A DNA stretch of 64,000 nucleotides. Origin: Octopus bimaculoides. Its lineage: Eukaryota. The stretch covers positions 67,686,103-67,750,102 of the forward strand of contig NC_068984.1 in assembly GCF_001194135.2 (NCBI RefSeq), written 5' to 3'. Each line of letters opens with the position of its first letter. Position 1 is the stretch's first letter. A program made the position numbers and the translations under genes. Below the pieces are notes generated by a model. That model searched no databases. It was not told where the DNA came from and worked only from the letters and a program-made list of their open reading frames with translations. Positions 51,412 through 62,160 of the stretch are shown in pieces.

Positions 51412-51690
51412 TATATATATGACGGCAGAGGCATGGACGAATGTTTAAGAAGGTCAGTTTACAGGTTTCGGATGTAGTCCCACTGCTCAGCAAGATTAGT
51501 CTACTCTTGACTCGGGGTGATCAATCCCTTATTAGTGAATTTGTTAGGTGGAAGCAGCGTGGAAATCATTCGTATGAGGATGTATGTACGCACGCACACA
51601 CACACACACACACACAGACGCGCGCGCGCACACACACATGTATATATATCTTTTTGCCGTCGTTTGGCCATAGCTAACCTTAAAATAATA

Positions 51691-51876
51691 TTCCTTTCTA
51701 CTCTAGGCACAAGACTTGAAATTTGCTGGGGTGAGGGTATAATGGATTACATCGACCCCAGTGCTCAACTGGTACTTAATTTATCACTTTGAAAGGATGA
51801 AAGGCAATGTCAAACTCATAACGCAATGACAGACGAAATGTCACTACGTATTTTGCCCGGCGTAATAACGATTCTC
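51691..51876 (-). mobile_element. SINE family A copy
   Basis: TTCTACTCTAGGCACAAG...GATTACATCGACCCCAGTGCTCAACTGGTAC...TTTTGCCCGGCG. Confidence 0.85.
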
Positions 51877-53324
51877 TAAAGCTTTCCCCATTAACTAACC
51901 TAATAATAGTGACAACTACAGTGTTACAGTAGCTAGAGAGGCTACTGTGTTAAGCATACTCAACAGAAAAATAAGTACATCGTTTAAAATTATGGTACAC
52001 ACACATACAAATGCACACATATACACACACACACACACACTTATGTTTAAATACATAAATATATGTATATTTGATAAAATCGCCAACGTATATTACCATA
52101 TTCATATGCTAACCAACTACAAAACAGAATGGAAACATCAAACGTTCATCCTTAAATGTCAGTACAGAATAAAAAATATATAGTGTGGTTTTCACTGCGA
52201 AAATGTAGATCTTCAACTTCATGCTAAAAACCCCTACGCAAAATAACGCCAGGGTTATTATATCAAACTCTCATGTAAACAGAATAACATATGTATATAT
52301 CGAGATAATATATTGTAAAAGAATATTCGCAAAATTTTGCAGTAAATTCTGTAATAGTTATGCGAATAAAAAGAAGCACATCAGTAAAGAGTATAAACAC
52401 ATATAGATAACATATGAAAATATTTTGAAGCTTTCTAGTAATTTTATAAATATCTCTGCACCCAAGAATCAAAAGGCGTAACATGAAGCATTAAACGTAT
52501 CTGAAATAGTAATAGGATAATCCATTGTGTAACAGAAGAGCAATAAAATAACAGCGCCACCAGTAACCACAATTCTAAGAGAATAAAAGGAGTTAATAAT
52601 GGACTATTTTGAAATTAATCCAAATTTTAGCGATAGGCTTGATAATATGAATACGTATATTTGATTTCTAATAGCGTTTTTGTAACGTAATAGATTTCAC
52701 AAAAATATTTTTTATATGGTGTAATTATCATGCGGAAAATAATTTCTTACAGAGATTTGTTTGCAAGCAACTACTAATAAAACGAGATCTATGTGATGCG
52801 TAGAAACGGAGTAAATAGAAATGAAACATAATTGTTTTAAATACATTGGAGTTGATTTGAAATTCTGCTGTTGTGACATTGTATAGCATAAATGAAGGAA
52901 GGTGTATTTGATAATTCATTATATGTGTTTGATTTTTGCATGCAATCATCAAAGTAATCCAACTGATATGTATCATCTGATGCTTGTAAATCTTTTTTTC
53001 TCTAACCAGAGCATGCAGAAAGTTTTTGTTTTGTATTGATTTAAACATCAAAGTTATTCAATACATCACAAGCCATGAAAATGAGGAAAATAGATGGAAT
53101 CATAAAATCCATGTAATGGCATGGCAAGTCAGACAGCAGCACGTATCTATTCAGCTGTAATGTGATTGTGAATGTAGGATGATAATGATTCCCTGAGCGG
53201 CTTTTCAATGACAAAACTCAACTGAACAATCACGTTATTATCAGGATATAAAATCAGAATGAGTATGCGAGGTACTGGTGTTCTCACTTGTTCACAAGCA
53301 AAGAAAGAATTGTTTGCTCTACAG

Positions 53325-53394
53325 TTGCATCAAAAAGCAGCACACGAATTAAAAACTACTGCTATGAACTTGAAAAACAAAAAGACAAAAAATG
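53325..53394 (+). other. candidate 70-nt exon
   Basis: Acceptor TTGTTTGCTCTACAG and donor ATG|GTATTT. Two frames are open. Confidence 0.18.
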
Positions 53395-54081
53395 GTATTT
53401 CCAGAGCAAAAATTATAAATAATAAAGAGGAAGTATTTATAAAAAAAATTCTCAAATGGATGTCTTAAAAAATATGTTTCGGCAAAAAGTAAAATATTGA
53501 TTTTTTATTCAAATCTAAAAATGTATACAGTAATCATTAAATATTAACTGAAACACCTTATGATCAACCGTACGATAACCTGATTAGCGTTGTCTATTTG
53601 CCGAAAGAAATGAAAAAAAAAATATGAGCCAAATTATGAAAAATGAATGAGACACAAAATGAAGAAAAAATAATAGTGCTAGAGGTAAATTAGTTTTAGC
53701 TTATTAAAAAAGTGCATTGTATTTAATTGCCAAAGTATCTTTAAAGTATGTCAAAATTAGAGCCAAATAAAACATATGAATGATTATAATCTAACCCACT
53801 TACAACGTTTCAATACATTTATATTTTATTAGACGAAATTACATATATTCATGGTAATAGAAAATAGATTCACCTCCATCGATACACGTTTCCTTTAGTA
53901 TATACAAAGGGCTATTTTTAAGTTATAATTCCAAAATAATTTCTATGACTATTTACTATTCATTATCAATAGACTTCATTGGGACATAGCTAACATACCC
54001 AAGAGTATAAATTTCTTTTTAATATAGAGACGTGAAATCGTGATTTTCAGTATGTGTGTGTGTATGAGTATATATATATAT

Positions 54082-54140
<59 letters not shown>

Positions 54141-54178
54141 TGATGATGATGGTGATAATGATGATGATGATGATAATG
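54082..54178. repeat. (AGAT)n followed by (GAT)n microsatellite
   Basis: Seen directly. Confidence 0.97.
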
Positions 54179-54481
54179 AACGTTCCCGTCGAAGACGACG
54201 TATAACTCTTCAGCTTCTGCCGAATGACCTGCATGAATAATTTGTTTACAGTGCATTAACTTATTCCCTCCATCAAATTGACGTTGCCTGAAGAGGTGCC
54301 CGGTGTACCACGCGTGTATCGATATAAGTGAATCTATTTTCTATTACCATGAAGATATGTAATTGCGTCTAATAAAATATAAAAATATTGAAACATTGTA
54401 AGTGGGTTTGATTATAATCATTCATATGTCTTATTTGGTTCTAATTTTGACATACTTTAAAGATACGGAAGAAAAATAAGC

Positions 54482-54558
54482 AGCACTCGGTGTAGGAAGT
54501 GAAACCTCGATCTCTTGATCATGACTCCCACACTCTAACCACTATGCCATGCGTCCTT
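54482..54558 (-). mobile_element. tRNA-like SINE head
   Basis: Reverse complement AAGGACGCATGGCATAGTGGTTAGAGTG...GAGGTTTCACTTCC has A-box-like and B-box-like motifs but no full cloverleaf. Confidence 0.6.
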
Positions 54559-54584
54559 AGATATGTGTTTGTGTGAGTGTGCAC

Positions 54585-54585
<1 letters not shown>

Positions 54586-54660
<75 letters not shown>
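54586..54660. repeat. (CT)n(AT)n compound microsatellite
   Basis: Seen directly. Confidence 0.98.
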
Positions 54661-54664
<4 letters not shown>

Positions 54665-54830
54665 CTCTTATCTTTAACTTGTTTCAATACATTAGACTGC
54701 AGTCTAAATGTCTATGTTCCCAAAGGTATCCATATGATGATCATCTCGGCCTGCCGGTTTAATTTGATATTGCTGGTGTACAATATGTATCCCTATAAAT
54801 TACATTTGACGAAAACTATTCGAAACTAAT

Positions 54831-55213
54831 GTTTATGAATTTGTTTTGCAAGATTCCTGATGTGAAATCTTGGTTGAAACAGATATTTTGTTTTATTTCC
54901 GGATGGTCAATTTTGTTCTTGCCAAATAAACACACGCATTATATATTCGTTCTCCACTCGTTTACTATTGTTCTTATTATCTTATGTCTATTGTCTGGAA
55001 GTCGTTCGTCACCCACTTGTGTCCTCTTCAGCGATTCTTCCATCCCACGTGTTTCCTTCTGTTCTGTCTAGTCCTTTGGAATGGAAACGTGTGTGACGAA
55101 GATTTCCAGAAAATAGACTTAAAATAAAATAAGAACATTAATAAATGAGGGAAGAATGAATACATAGTGCCCGTGTTTATTTGCCAAGAACAAAATGACC
55201 ATCCCGAAATATA
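54831..55213 (+). mobile_element. inverted-repeat element, copy 2
   Basis: TATTTCCGGATGGTCA (54894) and TGACCATCCCGAAATA (55196). Homologous to 50923-51411. Confidence 0.8.
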
Positions 55214-55892
55214 CCAATAGTGGAAACATAATTGTAGCATTATTACTTCCACAAGAATGTAGATAGAAAATGTAAATATACAATGCAAATACTAGATGCA
55301 GATTGCATATGTTGGATGCAGACTGCAGATGTCATTTATAGGTTTCAGTTGCACGGAATAGACAGGGCTAACTTTAAGAACAAGCTTCTATCCTCCTATT
55401 TCTATTTATGTCAGCAAAACCATCTAACCCAGACATTGAAGTATTCAAATACAGTTGTTGCAAACGAAATTTTGATATGACACTCACTTGCCAAGAAACT
55501 TTTCACCGATAACATTACGGAATATAAAAAGTACCTAACTTTCATCTTCGATGTTACAAACATATAAAATAATATTCCAAAGAGATACACATTCTCCTGC
55601 TGTTTATAAAAGAACTTTGATAGTATAAATGCACCTATTTTATGAGATGTCAAAGGAAGAAATAGAAAACCAACAAAACCTTTGACTATCAAAGGTGCTA
55701 TTTTCTATACCATTTTATGAAATTTTCGGCATCTTCCCATAATATATTCATTTATCGATGATATTTTATTACTCACCGTATTATACACTAAGGACTCCTC
55801 GACTGTGTATATGTGTTTATTTCCCAACACAATTGTTAAGAGACTGCATATATTAACTATTCATATGAGACATTCTCCTTTTTCTCCATCAG

Positions 55893-55917
55893 TGAATGCC
55901 TACGCCATAAAGGGAAA
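55893..55917 (+). other. candidate 25-nt microexon
   Basis: Acceptor CATTCTCCTTTTTCTCCATCAG and donor AAA|GTAATC. Confidence 0.2.
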
Positions 55918-56413
55918 GTAATCAATCATGTAACCTTCAACAATACAGTGTATATAGTGTTTATATCAAAGAAAAATTCTGCGAAACTGCTCATTTGTGT
56001 AGTAAATTCCTGAATAGGTTCTGAATGTGATGATATTGTTACCTATATATGCTCCACCTCGTCTCAAGTGATTATTACTGAAAATTTTCAATGTTTAATT
56101 TTGTCGGTATATCGAAAAACCTGACTATCACTCAAGAATAATAGTTATGCTATATATGAACAATTAGTCGTGTTATATGGTTGAAGTAGCCCCTACATTC
56201 AAATACGATAGCAAAATATCAACTTTGATTTGCTCCGAGAAATTAAAAACTACACTGGAAACCTTTCATTCCACCAGTCTCTGTCGTTTTAGCAAGGGGA
56301 CCTCTACGTAGTTACTTGATCACTCTTGTTCAAGAAGTAGTCAAATATCTCTCAATCTTGAAGAAGGAAAACAGGCATGCGTACAACAACTTTGATTATA
56401 GATTTCATTAATG

Positions 56414-56760
56414 AAGGCGCATGGCTCAATGCTTAGAGCGTCCGACTCACAATCATTTTCGGATTGGGTTGTGCATTGTGTTCTTGAGCAAGGTATTTTA
56501 TTTCACGTTGCTTCAGTCGCACATCTGTAGAAATGAGCTGCGACATCACTGGTGCCAAATTGTATCGGTCGTTGCCTTTCTTTGGATAACATCGGTGGCG
56601 TAGAGAGAGGAGGTTGGTATACATGGGCGACTGCTTGTCTTCCATAAACAACCTTGCCCGGATTTGTAAGAATTTTCTTCAAGTCCAGTAGCCCATCCCC
56701 GGGAGGGAACTTTCTAGATGCAATTCCATGGTCAATCATGATCGAAGGGGGTATTTTAGA
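56414..56760 (+). mobile_element. SINE family C (tRNA head plus TTGAGCAAG core)
   Basis: AGGCGCATGGCTCAATGCTTAGAGCGTC A-box-like head and GTGTTCTTGAGCAAGGTATTTTATTTCACGTTGC body typical of tRNA-derived SINEs. Confidence 0.75.
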
Positions 56761-57072
56761 CAGGTCTGACCTAGGGCTAAGGAAGAAGAATAACAACAGT
56801 ACTATCGTTTATTTCACCTTTAATTATTTGGCAAGGAACAAGAAAATCTAACCTTACCTTCTTATTTACCGTATCTTCGTAAGATGATGCGTGGCCTAAT
56901 GGTTAGTGTGTAAGGCTCAAAACTAATTAGATTTCTAAATTAAGAGGAGTGTAATATATTTCCGAAAGCCCCTTTGTTTCGAATTGCGCCAATATAATTA
57001 GCTTAAAATAATTACCAGCCTACTGTTGAGACAGCTCTCTCTCTCTTTCTCCATATGTCTATCTCTGAATAT

Positions 57073-57082
57073 NNNNNNNNNN
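57073..57082. other. assembly gap
   Basis: Run of Ns. Confidence 0.99.
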
Positions 57083-57456
57083 AATATCTGTCTATCACTT
57101 TGTCCCCCCCCCCCTTATCTCTAATTGTCACATTCTGGGTGTTCGTATGGGTCAGAGGTTTGGAGGGCCTAGAGTGTTTCTGCATCTGCTTAGGACAATA
57201 TAAGCACCGGAGACTATTAGTGAAAGTGGTTGATACTACCAAATCATACTCTTTTTTAAGTGAGGGCTATGGATGCAACACTCTTTTAACTCTTATAAAC
57301 TGCACGCACCAAATTTGAAGACGAAAGAAACAAAAAATTCTTTTAAGAAACAAATGAAAAGTTAAAGGAGATATGCAACTTCATTTGACACGCAAGATGA
57401 TATTCTTGATACATGTCCTCTCTAGATGAACACTATCTCAATAGTCACCCAAGTCA

Positions 57457-57670
57457 AGGCGGCGAGCCGGCAGAATCGTTTGCACGCCGGGCAAAATGCT
57501 TTTCAGCATTTCATCCGACCTTAGTTCTGAGTTCAAATTCCAGGGAGGTCTACTTTGACTTTCATCCTTCCGGGGTCGGTAAAATAAGTACCAGTTAATC
57601 GCTGGTGTCGATGAAATCGCCTCATCCCTTTCCCCTAATTTGCTGGCATTGTGAAAAAATCTGAAATCAA
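57457..57670 (+). mobile_element. SINE family A copy, near full length
   Basis: AGGCGGCGAGCCGGCAGAATCGTTTGCACGCCGGGCAAAATGC...GTTCTGAGTTCAAATTCC...GGGGTCGGTAAAATAAGTACCAG. Confidence 0.9.
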
Positions 57671-58178
57671 TAGTCTCATAAAACTTTATAACTAAAATCA
57701 TTCGAATGAATAGTGTCCAACCATTGCTACATTTTATTTTGTGGTTTTAATATTAAACCTTACAGTTCTGAAAATATTTTGCGATTTAGTCAGAGGAAGG
57801 AAGAGAACGTTTATAAATCTTTATCGGCCCTCTGAGGCCGGTTCGAGAGGTATAGGGTCTTGTTCTCAACTTGAAGTCCTGACTCGAATGCTTGCATAAG
57901 AGTGTATCCTGCTACAGTTGCTAAATACCAGATGTTGGTGTTAAAGAGGCGATACTGATTAAATCAACCAGCTTAAGAACTATCATTTCGAAGCCCCACC
58001 CCCACAGACTCAGCCAACATGCAGTTTATGTTAAGTAAATATTGCTATAAACGCTTTTACTATCATGAACACATTTGCCCAAGGTGTTACATAGTGGGAC
58101 TGTAACTGAAACAATGTAGTTTCAAAATGTGATGATTTATAAAATAACCATACATGGTTCGTTGGGTATCTGTAAGGA

Positions 58179-58222
58179 TTCTTCTTCTTCTTCTTCTTCT
58201 TCTTCTTCTTCTTCTTCTTCTT

Positions 58223-58314
<92 letters not shown>

Positions 58315-58351
58315 CATTATTATTATTATTATCATTATTATTATTATTATT
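58179..58351. repeat. (TTC)~24 fused to (TTA)n compound repeat
   Basis: Seen directly. Confidence 0.98.
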
Positions 58352-59134
58352 TACTAATAGGTTTCCACTAACACAATACACGAGGGAGGGAAAATACACA
58401 AATATAATGCAGTCTGAATAAAATAATTGTGTATTTGCATTGTATTGCATTAATCCATATTTTTTTCTTATATAATCAGACTTCTTGTAGAAGGTTGGCT
58501 ATATTTCCGTTCAATTAGGAAAGCTTGAATCATTCAGTTTGACACATCTAATTCCTGATTTGTGATATCATATATTGATAATTGTGAAAACATGTATGTT
58601 GTCCCACTTTGTTCCGAGTTAGATTTGTCTTTGAACGCCTGGTTGCTTCGCACTACATAACTGTAATTCTTTCTACGTTCTACTTTGAAATGATAATTGC
58701 ATTTGCTAGTAAAGTTTGAACTATTTGTGACAGAAAACATCAAATCGATTATAATTTGAAGCAAATTGGCGTGTAAAGTGTATAATCACTTTTAAATGAT
58801 TCGATGAGAGAAAAGGCGTCTGAGAAAGATTTAGATTAAAAGGATAGAGAAATAGTGTTGAAACTCTTAATATAAAAGAAAGCGATGTTTTATTTTATTT
58901 TATGAATATAAAGCTTTATCAGTCAATTAAACCCGACATATTTCATTCAGTTTTCAAACGAGCAAGAAACAAGTCTATAATTTTGCTACACGCATAGACA
59001 ATGAAAATATCACAATAGAGATAAACGATATATGTGTAATTAAAATTAGTCATAAAAATGATTGAAGTTATCTATAATTAGAATTGCATATTTTGTCCTC
59101 ACTTAAAAAGAAATTAGAATAGTGATGATATCTG

Positions 59135-59521
59135 TTACTTTTCATCTGTTTCAGTCATTTGACTGCGGTTATGCTGGAGCATAGCTTCGAATAAATCAAC
59201 ACCATGACTTATTTTTTAAAAGCCTAGTAGTTAGTCTATCATACTCCTTTGGGGAACTACTACTGTTACAGGGACATAAACGCACCAACATCGTTTGTAA
59301 AGCAGTGGTAGGAGGCAAATACAGACCAAAGATGCACTCACACACACACACATGCGCGCGGCAGACTTCTTTCAGTTTACGTCTGCGAAACCTAATCACA
59401 AGTCTTTGGTCGGCCCGGGGTTGTAGTATAAGACACTTGCCCAAGGTGTCACGTAGTGGAACTGATCCCTGATCCCTGTAATTTGGAAGAAAGCTCCTTA
59501 CCACACAGCTGCGTCTGCGCC
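59135..59521 (-). mobile_element. SINE family B, near full length
   Basis: TTTCAGTCATTTGACTGCGG...CTTCTTTCAGTTT...GACACTTGCCCAAGGTG...CTTACCACACAGC is the reverse complement of the 22970 copy. Confidence 0.88.
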
Positions 59522-59902
59522 TATACTTTTGAGTTTATTGATTATATAACGTTGCCAATCTCAAATATTTTATCGACAACTACATGCAGCGATACAACTA
59601 CAGGTAAAGCGCATTCCTTTATCAGATTTATTATAAACGTTTCCCGTTAGTGTTAAAGCTGGCATCGCATGGAACCAAGATTAGGTTAATGAAAACTGTA
59701 AATACACAGGAGGATACAAAATGATGACCTAATGGAATGTGTAATTTAACTCTCTTGCCATTGTAATCTCTGGAAATATGACAGCACAAGCATTTTTATT
59801 GATTTTATTCAAATCCTCTAACACCCCACAAACCTATGTATCATACTGTTACAAGAGTCAACAGTTATTAAGATACCGAAATCTGAAACTTTTATAACTG
59901 CC

Positions 59903-59918
59903 ATTATTATTATTATTG

Positions 59919-59949
<31 letters not shown>

Positions 59950-59974
59950 CATTATTATTATTATTATTATTATT
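59903..59974. repeat. (TTA)n microsatellite
   Basis: Seen directly. Confidence 0.95.
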
Positions 59975-59975
59975 A

Positions 59976-60110
59976 AGGGCAGAATCTTTAACACACCGGA
60001 CAAAGTTCTTAGTGGAATTTCATCCGTCTTTACGTTCTGAGTCACACATTCCACGAGGACGACTTTGCTTTCATCTTTTTGGGGTCGATGATATAAGTAT
60101 CAGTTGAGTG
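59976..60110 (+). mobile_element. SINE family A copy
   Basis: GGCAGAATCTTTAACACACCGGAC...TTTACGTTCTGAGTC...GGGGTCGATGATATAAGTATCAG. Confidence 0.78.
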
Positions 60111-60147
60111 TCATTTCCCCAAAAGGATTCTTAATATTGGTATTAAG

Positions 60148-60307
60148 GTGAAGAGCTGTCAGAATTGTTAGTATATCGGACAAAATGCCTGTAACATTGT
60201 GTCCGTTTCTTTGTGGACTGATTCCAAATTGAAAATTCTGTCGACTTTGCTTTTCATCTTTCGAGCTCGATGAAGTAAGTACCAGTTAATCACTGAAATC
60301 GATATAA
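60148..60307 (+). mobile_element. SINE family A copy
   Basis: GAGCTGTCAGAATTGTTAG...GTCGACTTTGCTTTTCATC...AAGTACCAGTT. Confidence 0.75.
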
Positions 60308-61005
60308 TCTACAGGATGTGTGGGAAGAGGATCGAAAGCGTGACTCACTTTGTTGGTGCTTGTGAATGTCTTGCGCAGAAACAGTACAAGTACAGACACG
60401 ACAAGGTAGCCCAAAAGCTTCACTGGCTACTATACCGGAAGTATGAATACGGGGTAACGATTGTTTGGTACCAACAAACACATGAAAAGGTAATGGACGA
60501 AACGAGGAAGGCAAAAATCCTCTGGAACTTTAAGAAATGCAGAGATCCTATGGGATTCTATGATTCAGTGCTACCATGAGGTAGAGAATAGGAAACCAGA
60601 CATAGTCTTAATTGAGAAATAAAACAAACTATGCTGGATCATAGATATAGCATGCCCAGCTAGCAACAAGGTATGCGATAAGGAAGAAAGAAAAAGTCAA
60701 GAGATAAGACAGGTTAGCTTGGGAAGTTAAGCAGTTGTGGTCGATGAAAACAGTATCAGTAGTACCAATAATTGTCGGAGCCCTGGGAACAGTGAGCAAA
60801 AATCTTTAGAAGTACGTGGAACAAATAGGGGGTGCAATAAGGGTGGAACACTTGCAGAAAACAGCACTGCTTGGAACCTCTCGAATACTCCGGAAGGTGC
60901 TCGAAAAATAAGAGGTGTTACCTTAGTTCACTGGTAGTGAATAGCTGACACCGTAGTTAGAACTCTCCAGAGTTAGAAGCTGAGCAAAGGTTGCGAGAAT
61001 AATAA
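60308..61005 (+). mobile_element. 3' fragment of RLE-type non-LTR retrotransposon (R4/Dong-like), copy 1
   Basis: RMCGKRIESVTHFVGACECLAQKQYKYRHDKVA (CCHC knuckle followed by RHD), KILWNF, NRKPDIVLIEK..LCWIIDIACP (PD..D nuclease). AATAATAA-like tail. Stops and frameshifts. Confidence 0.88.
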
Positions 61006-62160
61006 CTCCATTCCAAACACAACAAATCCCAGAATTAGGTGAACTGGAAACACATAAGTCCAAATACAACAAATCCCAGAATTAGACGTACTGGAAACAA
61101 GCATAGAAAAAGTTAAGCGCATGAAAGCCCCTGTTAAACTGCTGCCTTAGATATTCTTACTGATAAATGGCAAGAAAAATCCCTCAATGGCAAATGCCCA
61201 AAGAGAGCTAATAATGCTGATGTTGACAAAACCCTTACCCATGATTGGCTAATGTTTTCTGGCTTAAAATCAGAGACAGGAGGGTTTTTATAACAGCCCA
61301 AGATCAGTCCCTGCCTAAAGAAAGCTACCAGACCAATGTCTTACAAGAAGATACCAGGCCAACATCTTACAAGAAGATACCAGGCCAACATCTTACAAGA
61401 AGAAGCTACCAGGCCAACATCTTAAAGAGCGGCAGTAGCCCAACATGTAAACAACAAAATGAAAACGTCGATCATGTTGTCTCCATGTGCATGATCATGT
61501 TGTCTCTATGATCATGTTGTCTCTAAGATCATGTTTCTATGATCATGTCGTCTCCATGTGAAACCTTCTTGCGCCTACGGAGTATCTCAACAGGCACGAT
61601 AGAACAGTACAATATATTCACTAGGTAATTTGCAAAGAAATGGACCTACGCCATAATAAAAACTGGTCGGAACACAAACTACCGCCAGTGCTTCAAAATG
61701 AGCACATTTCACTACTTTGTAACTTTACTGTTCAAATTGACAGAAAGATAGTTGCAAATAGGCCAAACAATAAATTGAAGGATTTCAGACACCTCATCCA
61801 TATGACTTTCCAAATCAACATGAATATATCAAGGTCTACCAAAACCTGAGAAAGTATAAAAATCGTGAAATAGAAATTGGCAAAATGTGGAACTTCAAGA
61901 CTAAGACTATACCTGTTGTCATAGGTGCCATAGGAATGATAGCAAAAGGACTGATTGCTACCTATCTCAAATACCAGAAAATCCCTACATGAAAGATATT
62001 CAAAACGTTGTACTCATGGACACTGCTCATATTCTACGTAATATATTGTCTATGTAATCCTTCAAATATTTTAATCTTGAAACAGTGTCGACATACTTTT
62101 CAATCTACAAAATAGCAAGCACCTTTTACGGCCATCTTAACATAACACTGTCATCCTTTA
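61006..62160 (+). mobile_element. 3' fragment of RLE-type non-LTR retrotransposon (R4/Dong-like), copy 2 (different family)
   Basis: FITAQDQSLP, ENVDHVVS, EYLNRHDRTVQYIH, NFTVQIDRKIVANRP, EIGKMWNFKTKTIPVVIGAIG, VLMDTAHILRNILSM*. Confidence 0.88.

Noticed and set aside
53041-53210. Minus-strand TFTITLQLNR...YMDFMIPSIFLIFMAC, faintly like the pre-M1/M1 region of Cys-loop (chemotactile-type) receptors
   Set aside because: No Cys-loop, no further TM helices, flanked by stops, and hydrophobicity is explained by T-richness.
54482-56920. tRNA-like sequences at 54482, 56414 and 56885
   Set aside because: A/B boxes are present but there is no complete cloverleaf, and they continue into SINE bodies, so they are SINE heads.
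1276-58450. Long ORFs of the YIYI/VCVC/HTHT/poly-S/poly-K type and ORFs spanning X runs
   Set aside because: They are translations of microsatellites or N gaps, not genes.
61340-61560. Short regularly repeated units superficially like a CRISPR array
   Set aside because: The units are tandem without unique spacers, lie inside a LINE ORF, the context is eukaryotic and there are no cas genes.
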